DNA of 42,901 nucleotides from Octopus bimaculoides (Eukaryota): NCBI RefSeq assembly GCF_001194135.2, contig NC_068984.1, positions 139,132,457 to 139,175,357 of the forward strand, read 5' to 3'. Shown piece by piece: positions 23,031 to 35,344 of this stretch (position 1 is its first letter; each line of letters starts with the position of its first letter). The notes under the pieces were generated by a model. It saw only the letters and a program-made list of their open reading frames with translations, ran no database searches and was not told where the DNA came from. The position numbers and the translations under genes were made by a program.

Positions 23031-23351
23031 ATGAATTTGATTCCTGCTTCGCTGATCGTGTTGTGCTGTGTTGTTCTTCATTGCCAAAGTATGCGGTTTC
23101 ACGGGACGCAAACCATGCACCAGGTTCCACTGGAAATAGATGGAAATAGACAAAGAAGCCTCGCGGACGATTACGATACTTCTCGTATGCGTCAGTTGCT
23201 CACGAACTTCAAGCTCCAAAGAATGTTGAGAAAACGTGCTGACGTGGCATACAACAGTGATTATTTGCTTCTCTTAGATAAAATGAAAAACCTAGTTGAT
23301 AAACAGGAGTCTGATGCATGGAACAATAAACTTAAAGACCTTGGTAAATAG
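23031..23351 (+). CDS. Secreted neuropeptide/peptide-hormone precursor, 106 aa; predicted mature 35-aa amidated class-B-GPCR-ligand-like peptide (ELH/CRF/DH44-like length and C-terminus, secretin/glucagon-like N-terminus)
   Basis: Intact ORF with hydrophobic signal peptide (aa 1-20), pro-region, RKR dibasic site (aa 67-69), peptide aa 70-104 and terminal G-K-stop amidation signal. Flanked by a strong acceptor and AATAAA. Non-repetitive and not transposon-like. Confidence 0.85.
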   Translation: MNLIPASLIVLCCVVLHCQSMRFHGTQTMHQVPLEIDGNRQRSLADDYDTSRMRQLLTNFKLQRMLRKRADVAYNSDYLLLLDKMKNLVDKQESDAWNNKLKDLGK

Positions 23352-23433
23352 TTGTGAGATCTTCATAAAACGAATACCGGTTCTCTAACAATATACTGTA
23401 AACTTAAATATTGCCAATCTTGTTGAATGGGAA

Positions 23434-23439
23434 AATAAA
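23434..23439 (+). promoter_or_regulatory. Candidate polyadenylation signal AATAAA
   Basis: 82 nt after the stop codon, followed by AT/T-rich sequence. Confidence 0.6.
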
Positions 23440-23534
23440 GGAAATATGCATAAACATGTATTATTATTTGTCAATTATAAAATATCTTTCATTTGTTAAA
23501 TTGTAAGCCTAGCTGAAAAGGCAACAGATTTGGA

Positions 23535-23750
23535 ATACGCATTGATTTCAAATTTTGGCACAACGCCAGCAATCGCGGGGGAGTCGATGACATCGATCCC
23601 AGTGTTCAACTGATAGCTATTTTATAGATTTCAAAAGGATTAAATGCACAGTCGACCTCATGGAAATCCGAACTCGGAACGTACAGATGGACGAAATGCC
23701 GCTAAATATTTTGTCCGGTGGTGCTAACGGTTCTTCCAGGTCGCCACCCT
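23535..23750 (-). mobile_element. Decayed Meta/MESC-like SINE immediately 3' of the peptide gene
   Basis: CAAATTTTGGCACAA..GAGTCGATGACATCGATCCCAGTG..AGTCGACCTC..GAACTCGGAACGTA. Confidence 0.7.
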
Positions 23751-24124
23751 AAGATTTGAAATAAATACTATTTTGTATTCTATTGAGTTGCCACATAAAT
23801 TCGTTCGTTTTCCATTTATTTTGATATTCGCCAATGTTATTGAAATTACGCCAAAACATATTTTTATTGTAAGGTCTTATTGTTATTTTTAGCTCGTTGT
23901 TTCTTGTGAAACTGTTGCTTATCGTTTTTGAAATTTGAATAAATTTTAACTCTTTTCAGAAAAATAACGATGGAATGCCAAGTAGGGAAAAAATCAAAAC
24001 GAACGAATACATTTGACAACCCAATAGATTAACTTGTTTGGCGATTAGCAAAAACCAATGAAGAATGAGACTATTACAAGATTGCAGCTCGTTATGCTCT
24101 GTCTTTTAATTGACTCAGGTCTTT

Positions 24125-24299
24125 TTATCTTTTTACTTTAGTCATTAGACCAGGGCCATACTGGGGCACTGCCTTGAAGAATCTTTAGTTGAGCGAATTG
24201 ACCCCAATAATTTCTTTTTGTCAAACCAGGCATTTATTCTATCAGTGTCTTTTATGGGGTCGGAAACTCTCCAAGACCGGTAGTGAAATGGTGATGGGG

Positions 24300-24360
<61 letters not shown>

Positions 24361-24485
24361 CACGCACACATACACACATGTATATACATATATGTGTGTG
24401 TGTTTCCGACGGGTTTCTTTCAGTTTCCATCTACCAAATCCACTCACAAGGATTTGGTTGGCTCGAGACAATAGTAGAAGATACA
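24125..24485 (-). mobile_element. 5'-truncated CORE-type SINE with long internal (CA)n
   Basis: TTTAGTCATTAGACCAGGGCCATACTGGGGCAC tail; TTTCTTTCAGTTTCCATCTACCAAATCCACTCACAAGG core. Confidence 0.8.
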
Positions 24486-27400
24486 TCGAACTCTTTTCAA
24501 CCGTCACTGACAAGCATTTTATTGAGCTAAGCTGGTTGCTGGCACAGAGAGACAGCAACAAACGCTCGTGCGCCAGTTTCCACTGCGTGTACTGTGCAGC
24601 GATGTCCCTCTTTTAGTAATTCTTTCATAAGCACTAAAAAGAAGTATTATCGGAAAACAACATTTCAAAGGCACTTCTATTATATTTACGTTGTAAAATA
24701 CACCATGAAGTGTAGCAGCGAACCAATCTGACATAAATTTCATTTATGCAATAGAGATCGTACGGAATTATGCTGCAGTTAATCATTCTGAAAGTTTAAC
24801 TCTTTGAACCATACTAATAATGCATTGTATAACTTTAATTTACAATAGTTTACGAGGTACGAAACGCAATTTAATGCGTTAAGAATATAGCTAGAGAATA
24901 TTTGATTAATGACTGCTTGAAATAGTTCAGAAAATTTACTAACCAAATGCATTGGAGAAACGTTTATTGTATTAGAACACAATTATTTGTATACCTCTAT
25001 AATTGTACATATTGAAATGTGTAATTATTTCATCACCTACTTTATGTGAATTAACACAGGTAATCATTTCAACATAGACGTGGATTTAAGTATAATAAAT
25101 ATAAATTCAATATTAATCTATTTTGTTTTGTAATTTAAGTAGAAACGTATCGTTTCTGAAGTCAACATATTCAAGGATATACTAATGAGGAAACAACAAA
25201 TAGCCTGCACGTTGCTCATCAGACTCATACATTAATTTAGATATTAAACCAGTACCAGTAATTTAGATATTAAATTATTATAAATCATCCTTCGAAATCT
25301 CTGAGGTGAACTACTAAAAACATAGCATAGACGAATCTATGCGCACCACGCACATGCTTGTTACTTTTCTTGAGAAGGTTTCTTCTTGCCAAACAGGAAA
25401 ATATATTTTGGAGATCGACTCCACTCTGTGTTTAAAAAAATAGAATTATACGTTTCATTCACCATCAAATCTCCTTAATCCCTCCCCACCCCCACCCCTT
25501 ATCCCCNNNNNNNNNNNNNNNNNNNNNNNNNNNNNNNNNNNNNNNNNNNNNNNNNNNNNNNNNNNNNNNNNNNNNNNNNNNNNNNNNNNNNNNNNNNNNN
25601 NNNNNNNNNNNNNNNNNNNNNNNNNNNNNNNNNNNNNNNNNNNNNNNNNNNNNNNNNNNNNNNNNNNNNNNNNNNNNNNNNNNNNNNNNNNNNNNNNNNN
25701 NNNNNNNNNNNNNNNNNNNNNNNNNNNNNNNNNNNNNNNNNNNNNNNNNNNNNNNNNNNNNNNNNNNNNNNNNNNNNNNNNNNNNNNNNNNNNNNNNNNN
25801 NNNNNNNNNNNNNNNNNNNNNNNNNNNNNNNNNNNNNNNNNNNNNNNNNNNNNNNNNNNNNNNNNNNNNNNNNNNNNNNNNNNNNNNNNNNNNNNNNNNN
25901 NNNNNNNNNNNNNNNNNNNNNNNNNNNNNNNNNNNNNNNNNNNNNNNNNNNNNNNNNNNNNNNNNNNNATATATATATATATATATATATACGTTAAACA
26001 CAATATGAAGGCGTGTAGCCTAGAGGTTAGGGTGTTGCACTAACGAGTACAAGATTATGGTTTCAATTCCAAGACTGGCAGATGCGTTCTGTTGTTGAGC
26101 AAAGCACTTCACTTCCCTCACCTGTAAATGACTAAATCTGTGAAAGATTGCCTACTATTCCACCCACCCACCCAATCAATGAGAATCTTGAGATCTCGAT
26201 CACTTATACGGTGAGCAAACTAGAGAGGACTCGAAAGAGTGACGGATGCTGCAGGACTCGAGGCATAAATGTTCAGCGGTCGATGATGATGATGACGATG
26301 TAAATAGTATTCTATTGTTTACATGTATCAGTTGATTTCCTGTTAGCAGAGGAAGACATATTCCTGAACGCAGACGTTTAACCATTTTCCTCTGTGATTT
26401 TTCAGGAAACAATACGAACGGAGATAGAAAAGAAGTCCATAACGCATTATTGTAATTTTCTGAACAGAAAATTATATATTAATATATATTGTTTTCTGTA
26501 ATCTCTATTTTCAGAAATATCTTGTTACATACAAGAAAGACATTCACTAAGTGTAATTTAGTTGAAACACGGGGATATTTTTATCGATTTAAATATCAAC
26601 AAACGTTGTTCAGATACACTGCTTCCGATGTTCGAGTATTATTGTCTTCATCTTAAATCTGATTATTGGCCATGTTGTAAACAGAACTTGAAAGAAGAAT
26701 TTTAGCAATGGAAGAAAATTGAATACTAACGAAAATATATGTATTATATATACATACATACATATATNNNNNNNNNNNNNNNNNNNNNNNNNNNNNNNNN
26801 NNNNNNNNNNNNNNNNNNNNNNNNNNNNNNNNNNNNNNNNNNNNNNNNNNNNNNNNNNNNNNNNNNNNNNNNNNNNNNNNNNNNNNNNNNNNNNNNNNNN
26901 NNNNNNNNNNNNNNNNNNNNNNNNNNNNNNNNNNNNNNNNNNNNNNNNNNNNNNNNNNNNNNNNNNNNNNNNNNNNNNNNNNNNNNNNNNNNNNNNNNNN
27001 ATATATATATATATATATATATACGTAGCAAATAATTCACGACAAAAATAATTCAAGTAAGAAAATAATTTCTGAAGATATCTTTGACTCTGTTATTATC
27101 TAGTGTAACAATTTAAAAATGATAATAACAGAATCAATAATATAGGTGATTGCAGGCCCCCAGACAAGCATTAAATTGCTGAAGGATTAAAATTAATCAA
27201 AGGACATACTGAGTATGTCTACATGCTGAAAATAACAGTGAAAACTCTTATTTAAATCGCCAAAATACACTGATAATAACAACACAAATCAACTGTCCAA
27301 AGGCAAACGGGCTAAGACAATCTCCCAACATACATTCAAGTATTTGGACTCAGGTACAGAAACATAATATATATCCTTAATTAACTATCTTTGGGTGTTA

Positions 27401-27649
27401 GAAATTATGTATCAACAAAACTATTTACATAAATACGGCATGCACCAGTTACTGGTATTAAACAGAGCGGTAGTGTAAGCCTGCCACCCAAAAGCTTTTG
27501 AGCTGCGAAAAAGCAAACCTGAAGAAACGCCATGCTCGTATATTCTACACGAGATTAATTTCCTTGGAACAATCGAATATGTTTTATAGTTTGAGATAAA
27601 AAGAAAAGCAAAGACACAAGGAAAATATACCCTACAATCGGGAATTCAA

Positions 27650-27800
27650 AGACGACTTTGATTTCAGTTTCTGTCTACCAAATCTACTCACAAGTCTTTG
27701 GTCGACCCGAAGGTATAGAAGACACCTGCCCAAGGTGACACGAAGTGGGACTGAACCCGAAATCTTGTGGCTAGGAAGCAAACGCTTTCGCCTATATTTA
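27650..27800 (-). mobile_element. CORE-SINE head/core fragment
   Basis: CAGTTTCTGTCTACCAAATCTACTCACAAG..GACACCTGCCCAAGGTGACACGAAGTGGGACTGAACCCG. Confidence 0.8.
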
Positions 27801-27924
27801 ACCCCCCCACCCCCACACACACACATGTAGATATACAGTGTGTGTGTCTGTATTGGCTTTGTATTTAAGTACACCAGCATGAGAGTTAGTGTTTTATTAA
27901 TACATATTACTGGAAATTTATTCG

Positions 27925-28085
<161 letters not shown>

Positions 28086-28732
28086 AATGCCATCTTTGGA
28101 AAACTATATAGAATTTAACAAGAGCTTACGTTACCTAGTACAAAACAAAAACATAACTGAAAACGTTTTTCATAGATTTTCTATCTTCTTAAATCTGAGC
28201 ATAATCTCTTATACAGGAATTATAATCCCGATAAATCGAAATATTTTGATAATGCATTATACAAAATATTAGTATATGTAACATTATAAATGTTACCGAA
28301 AACGTACTTATTTTATCCAGTAGGAAATTACAAATTACCGTAAAGAAAGACTATTTGTACTTTCTTGCGTAAACATTTTTGTAGTCTACTAGAATCTTAA
28401 AACTGCATAACTAAACAGTTGGAGATTGCTGTATTTTTATTTTTTAAACTATAACTTTGGATATGCATTATTCATAGACTTCATTATGGAAAACACACAT
28501 AAATGCTGCACTTTGACATAAGTCTTTCCATATTGATGTCTTGACAACCAATGTGGTTACTTGAACTTGTGGCATTTCAGCACAGAAGAAAAAGTGTTCG
28601 CCGCGAGACGGAAATGTCATAGGTTATAATGAACCAATCTATCTGTAAAAGAATTGATAATTTGCCTTCTTCTTTGCGAGATTCTGGATGTGAACTCGTG
28701 TGTTGAAACAGATAGTGTTTTATCTCCGGTGA

Positions 28733-29105
28733 GTCATTACACCAGTAAATATACACGCACAGAGGTTCTATTTCACTTGTTTATTATTTATTTATAAATT
28801 AATTGATTATTTAACCAATAAACCAAACCGACTCTTTGATTAATCTTTCGGTTTACCAATCAATCAATTATGTTTGTCGAAGTTCTTTCGTTACTATTCG
28901 CAACCTCTGCAATGACAGAAGATGCATGTCATTGATGAAGTTACGAATGACATCGACACGACTTCGATGAACCTAACTGATTAATTGACTAACCGAGTGA
29001 AAATCAAAGAATCGACTAGCTGATTGATTAAATGGCGAACCAATTGACAAACAAATAATGAAGAAATGTAATGCAACCAGTGCGCGTGTATATTATTGGC
29101 ATATC
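28733..29105. mobile_element. ~370-bp palindromic MITE-like element (copy 2 of the family at 12409)
   Basis: Left arm 28733-28890 aligns with the reverse complement of 28955-29105 (e.g. CGACTCTTTGATT/AATCAAAGAATCG, TCGAAGT/ACTTCGA). Same GTCATTACACCAGTAA start as 12409. Confidence 0.65.
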
Positions 29106-30267
29106 GATCTTCCCGAGATATAGTAACATTTCTTTTTATTATCGAAAATGCGCAATGTGAAAATAATGATGATCACATCGATTTCAACTTTTGATTAGGC
29201 ATTTGTTTGATCAACTAAACTACATCCCCTTTTAATTGTCGTGTAAGAGGCAGAGTATTCCACAGATTCATACAAACTTAACGTAATTATCAAGGACAAT
29301 TGCATCATGCGATATACAAGTGTGACAAAGCTGAAGCTTCAAATAACGCAAGGGCTTCCGTGCAGTTTCCATCTACACAAATCCACTCTCAAGATCAACC
29401 AGAGGGTATGGTAAATATTCTGGCCCTAGATGTCATGCTGTGATTTGAAACCAGCGACCTCATAGTTGCCAGACTAACTTCTTAACCACTCAGCTATGCT
29501 CGTATCCAAAATATTCAAGCTATGGTTTAGTGAAATGAGGAAGAGCTGCGCCCATCACATTTGCTTAGTACGCGATATTAATGGTAGGAAATGAGAAACA
29601 AATATCGACTTGTGGGATGAACGTTAACCACCATTGCAATCGAAATACGTAACGTAGAATTCATTGGCTATCCGTGTTTGTTGGCAAATAAGAGTCGGGT
29701 GGAAATTTCCCTCAAGGTTTCTCAAGGGACCGGTTCTGTATTGTGATTAGCGGTTAGCTTCTACTGGAAAACATCTTCAATATATAATATATATCTAATT
29801 AACAGCAGCAATAGTCGATGGAAGATCCTACAGGATGAAGCACATCAGGTTATCCAGTTTATCTTCAGACACGAGAAACTTTGAAATCTGTTTGATTTAT
29901 TTCAACGGACTGGACTCTGCTTAAGGCATCTAGAGGTCAAGTGATGTTCAAATTAGAGTATTAGATCAAACATAAAAAGTTTCACAGTCACTAGTGTAAA
30001 ACGGTACCAACGCGACAGTAGTAGAGTAGTCTATTAGACAAATGTTCCACGCAATAAACCATTTCTGCACTTTTAAAGAAACAGAACACAAAATATAGTT
30101 TGGTAAAGTAATAACCGAAAATGAAATACGGAATGAACATGGCTGGAACGGTTTCGAATATATGTCTGCTTTATCAGCTTTATCACGGATGACTTAGAAC
30201 GAAACTAATATTATTGCCGACATATTGATGTGAAAGATACAAAGAAACAAAGTGTGCGAAAGGCCGT

Positions 30268-30279
30268 GTGTATGTGTGC

Positions 30280-30336
<57 letters not shown>

Positions 30337-30395
30337 TAAAAACTTCGTGAAGGTAAAATAATTCGTGTTAGGACCGGTGAATCTCAAAGTAGATA

Positions 30396-30438
<43 letters not shown>

Positions 30439-30510
30439 CTACACACACACACACACACACACACACTTATATATACACATATATAAATACATATATATAC
30501 ATACATATAA
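30268..30510. repeat. (GT)n(GA)n and (AT)n/(AC)n microsatellites
   Basis: Direct inspection. Confidence 0.9.
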
Positions 30511-31199
30511 AAAGCAAATAAGTAATAAGGATGTCCAGGTATTAGTGCACTACGTCCGTTTCCGCAAACCACATAGATTTGTTCCTGCATTCTCCATCCT
30601 ATCATATTACAAATAATATTTTTGAAATCATATGGATGGGAAATGGACATTAAAGTTTCAAAAGCTACAATATTTCAGTAGATACTTTTTCAGCCCGCTT
30701 CCTTGTACACGTTGGAACAATTAGGATGTGAAAACTGGAAGCCAAGAGGGTTATAATAGCGTTCGGCCGATAAGTAATTCAGTAGACCAAAGCAATGTAA
30801 AATGACCGCGCCACTAAGTCCAAGTTTCGAACGCTAGACCTAATGACTCTAAGCTGAGCATCAGACGCTGGCTGTATTCTAATGAAGTAGAACTTACTCA
30901 ACTTGATATTTGGCTCAATTCCAACTTTTCGTTGGAGTTTTTTCATGGATTTTATATAAAATTCTCCTACCTCAAGTAAAAGTGCTGTAATTTCTTAGAT
31001 TTCACCATCAATCTTTTTATCGTATATATTTTTTTTCTTACGAGTATCTAAATCCTCGAATGGTCTTATTCATACAAGTCTGTTAATGAATTAGACGATA
31101 TTTAGTCTGTTTGTCTGTCTGTTAGATTCCGCGTATTTCACAACGGCATCACTAGTTGAGTCTACTAAATCTCATTTCAGTAGTTTCCATTTGGAATGT

Positions 31200-31550
31200 C
31201 TAGAATATCTATGTGTGCCGATAACGATGCGTTTGAAATGTGGATATATAGGAGAATGTTACGAGTTTCTTACAAAGGGTCGTCGAACAAATGAATGGGT
31301 ATTACAACAAGTAGGTAAAAGACGACAACTCCTACACGATGTGAAAAACAAAAGCTCGTCTATTATGACCATATTCAAAGAAGCAGTGGTTGAAAAACAG
31401 AAGAGACAGCAAAGAACCCAATGGATGAGCAATATCAAGAACTGGTTGGAGAAGATAAGCAAGGCAGATGGCGAACTTGCGCTTAATCGGGAAGACATTC
31501 GTTGTTGTGTCATCGATGAGCGGCAGGCCTATGATGCATAAAGACGACGA
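31200..31550 (+). mobile_element. RTE-clade LINE 3' end (decayed)
   Basis: AFEMWIYRRMLRVSYK (frameshift) RRTNEWVLQQVGKRRQLLHDVK..RQQRTQWMSNIKNWL..ALNRE, typical RTE ORF C-terminus; short GAC/GAT tail. Confidence 0.85.
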
Positions 31551-33266
31551 GTCACTCCGACTAAAAGAGATATAAGGCTGATGCCACACAAATCATAGCC
31601 TATTCATTGTAATGTCTTTCATCATAGATTTACTCGATCTCAGCTGACCTAGCGCTAAACAAACACAACTCACCTTCTATTTGAAATTAGAGTGGAAATT
31701 CAAAGTGCCTATGTTATATAAAACTGATCTGCCAATAATTGTGCGTTGCATTTGAGTTCTAATTCTTATTTATCCAAACTGATTTTGGTTAGTTTCTCAC
31801 GAGATTTTTCATTGCATTGCGCACGTCAACTTATTTGGATCAGGAAAACTTGTCAGACAACGAAATAGAGGCGTATCATTCATCTTTCATTCTATGGTTA
31901 TTTGATTATTGGTGTGTTCTTTGTTACGAATTCTTTATTTCAGTCATGTTGATTGTAAGTTACAATCTGAGGCATTTGCGGTAGTCTTTCTTATGTGCTT
32001 GTGTAAAAATGCTCTGCTCTCTAAAAATGATTTTTGTTTCTCTACAATATGCTTGTCCACATCAAAATTTATTGGACCTACATGTCCTTTCTTGAAGAAA
32101 AGTCTAGTGTAAAACATCCTCTTATTGAAAATGTACGATTTATAAATTTATTTTCCCAAGATCCTGCACAGAGCTTGAAGGAAATAACGGATGACATATC
32201 TTTTGGCGTGTTTCCGAAATGCAAAAATCCAATCCAGCAAACAGGAAAATTATAAATGAATGTTTGAAAAGAAAAACTATTAGACGCAGGCTTCATAATT
32301 ACATTAAATAACTATGAAGGCCTTCCTGATCACTACACGATAGACAACAACAGCATACGAACATAAATAAACACATACACCTGCAAAGGCAAATACATAC
32401 ATATACATACACGTGCGCGTGCAGATACACACAGCTACGTGTTTATGGGCGCGTGCGTTCTTTTGTGTATTTCGTTTTGCTTTAAATATATTTTAGATGG
32501 ATTTTTACAAAAAGAAACAGTTAGGTAAATACTATCATATCGAGCTGAATAACGGAGCTGAATATTTCAAAATTACAAATAGGGCAAAATATCTGTATAT
32601 CGATTGTAAACATATCATTTGAAATTCTTTAATTATTCTTATATGAAACTCGTGTCGTAGAAAAAAAAAAAACTCATAGAAATAAATACATAAATATACT
32701 TAAATAATCAATGTTGCAAAATTCAGAAAATTTTATAAAAGAGCAAAAAATATTTATCTGAGATATATTGCTTTGTTTTATCTCTTATATACATCCATTT
32801 ATTTATTTATCTAATGTTTATGTTTCATCTATTTATCGTTTATCTGTTTCACCAAGGGGATGTGTATCATTTATCTAATGAATGGTTAAATTGTGAATAA
32901 AAGCAGATATTAAAAATATATATAAAACAGTAGAGAAACGAACTACTTTATACTCAAATCTCATACTTGGAATTAAATTCCAGGTATAATGTTATAAATA
33001 TGAAAAACTTAATTTGGAATCAAGAGAAATTTATGAGGGGAGAGCATTTTGTTTTCTAAGAAACAACTAAAGGCAACATTATAAAACAAATGTATTTTAA
33101 TAAGCAAAATATCTAAGATGGATAGCTTCTTACAGTACGAAAATCGAAAACTTTAGAAAGCTTTATATATTTCAAACACAAGGTTATATTATCAGGAGTG
33201 AATTGAATTTACAAGAAATGTGAATCTATACGGATACGGCCGTGTTCTTTGTTATAAATAAATTTA

Positions 33267-33800
33267 TACAGGGTGGTGCACGGAAAAGTAGCCGTAACAT
33301 AGTGTAAATACAGAAATAGGTACTGAAGATGGTACACTAGTCAACTGCTTGCTACGTTATCCTCACCGCATCCTCACCAAGATGACATGCTCAACAGCAG
33401 GAAAGAATAGAGTTTATATGGAAGCGTTTGTGAGAACAGGTTCTGTCAAGTAAATACCTGAAATATTGAAGTCATGTTAGCAGTAAACAGAACAATACAA
33501 ATGTTGATTAAGAATTGACGCACCATGAGGTCAGTGCACAACGCCCCAAAGCAAATAATCCCCTACAGTTCAAACGCCTGAAGCTATTCACAACATTCGA
33601 CAAATGGTTACTTAAAGTCCAAAGAATTCAACAATGAAATTGGTGCTGCAGTCTCACATAAGTAGGAGGTCATGCTGACTGATGTTGAAAAGTCTGAAGT
33701 CGAAGCCATATCATTTCACGTGTGTACAGCAAGTAAAAGTGGATGACAGTAGTAAACGAGTGAATTACTTCACATGATTTCTGAGCAGCAATTATAAGCA
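33267..33800 (+). mobile_element. Tc1/mariner-superfamily (rosa/DD41D-like) element, 5' half
   Basis: Begins TA|CAGGGTGG. Encodes QERIEFI.EAFVRTGSV and PTVQTPEAIHNIRQMVT*SPKNSTMKLVLQSHISRRSC*LMLKSLKSKPYHFTCVQQVKVDDSSKRVNYF. Confidence 0.8.
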
Positions 33801-35344
33801 GTCGAAATAACACAACGACAATTGCAAACAAAAGGCTTGGTGCTTATTCATGCATTTAAATTTCTTTCTGTAATCACACTATGTCACGGAACCCGGGGTG
33901 CGTCTTTGTGCGCCACTCTGTATATAATACATACCTGCATACATATATACATACATCACATATATATATATATATATATATANNNNNNNNNNNNNNNNNN
34001 NNNNNNNNNNNNNNNNNNNNNNNNNNNNNNNNNNNNNNNNNNNNNNNNNNNNNNNNNNNNNNNNNNNNNNNNNNNNNNNNNNNNNTATATATATGTATAT
34101 ATATATACATATGTATGTATGTATGGATGAATGGATGGATGTGTGTATATTTATATATATATATATACAGTATATGCATGTGTGCAAGTATGTATGTACG
34201 TGTGTATGTATGTATATATGCTTATATATATAACTAAGCACACACGTATACATACAGACAGTCATATAAACGCACATGTACACACTCACTAACACACACA
34301 TACACACGCATATGTATATATACATACACAGAACGTATGATAGTATGCACTAAAACATTTGTTTTGTGTATGAGTGTATATGTGAGTTTATGAAGAAAGA
34401 GAAAGAGTACTTTAAACCTATGTCACCAATCAACTTTGCTTACATGGTCACGACATATGAACACGCTGCATTATATACAATTACTGATTCTGTTATATCT
34501 GTAATTTATTAATAATTAAACAGTGTTATAATTGGTGATATATAAATATATATACATAGAATTGCAAATCACACCTGAAAAATTCATTCTAAATTAAATA
34601 TTTATATTTTGAAAATAAATTACCATTTCATTTTTTATGTTTTCGTTTTGTTTTTACGAGTATCATGAAATTTGAAGGAAAGTATATTTTTAATTTCTTT
34701 TATTTTTACGACTTTTATTTTTATCTCAGTAAAACGGCGCGCTGACAGAATCGATAACGCGCTTAACTGAATACTTATGTAACTGGTTCATTGTGGAATG
34801 AGAAGCAGATTAGTACAAAATTTTGTACAAAATGTTATCGAAAAGAACGACAGTGGCAGTGAACAAGTAAAGTACATACAATCTGTATGTGTATTCGATA
34901 ATGTTTAGAACATTGGCGCTGCTTCTAATTCATATTTGATTTTATTCCAATGTATACATTGTTCGTACATACCAGCAGATGGTTTTTACACCGTTTTATA
35001 TATAGTCATGGACACGCTATTCAATTTCCCTCCGGTTAGGTTGAGATACGTGATGATGATAAGCCACACATGTTAATAATCCGAAACAGCTGTTGCTCCC
35101 GAATGGGACTTCGGATGAGTTTTTTCGCCTGTCTATGACTATGACTTTTAAGTGTATTAAGACCCCTATAAGAATATGAGGATAAAAATCACGTTATTGA
35201 TTATTATCAAGTAGTCACCATGCTATAAAAATTTATAGGCCATTAAATACAGTAAATTAATAATAATGTACATATGTATATAATTATATCAAGGGAACTA
35301 GGGCGAAAGCGACCTGTCTCTAGCATGCTTGAAGTGCCGATACC

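Noticed and set aside
32034-32320. Short frames faintly resembling a Tc1 HTH (QDPAQSLKEIT..RKTIRRRLHN)
   Set aside because: No TIR or catalytic motif, and the similarity is too weak to call.
35002-35142. 11/12-bp inverted repeat ATAGTCATGGAC..GTCTATGACTAT, suggesting a mini-MITE
   Set aside because: Matches of this length within 150 bp are expected by chance in 43 kb; no TSD or second copy.
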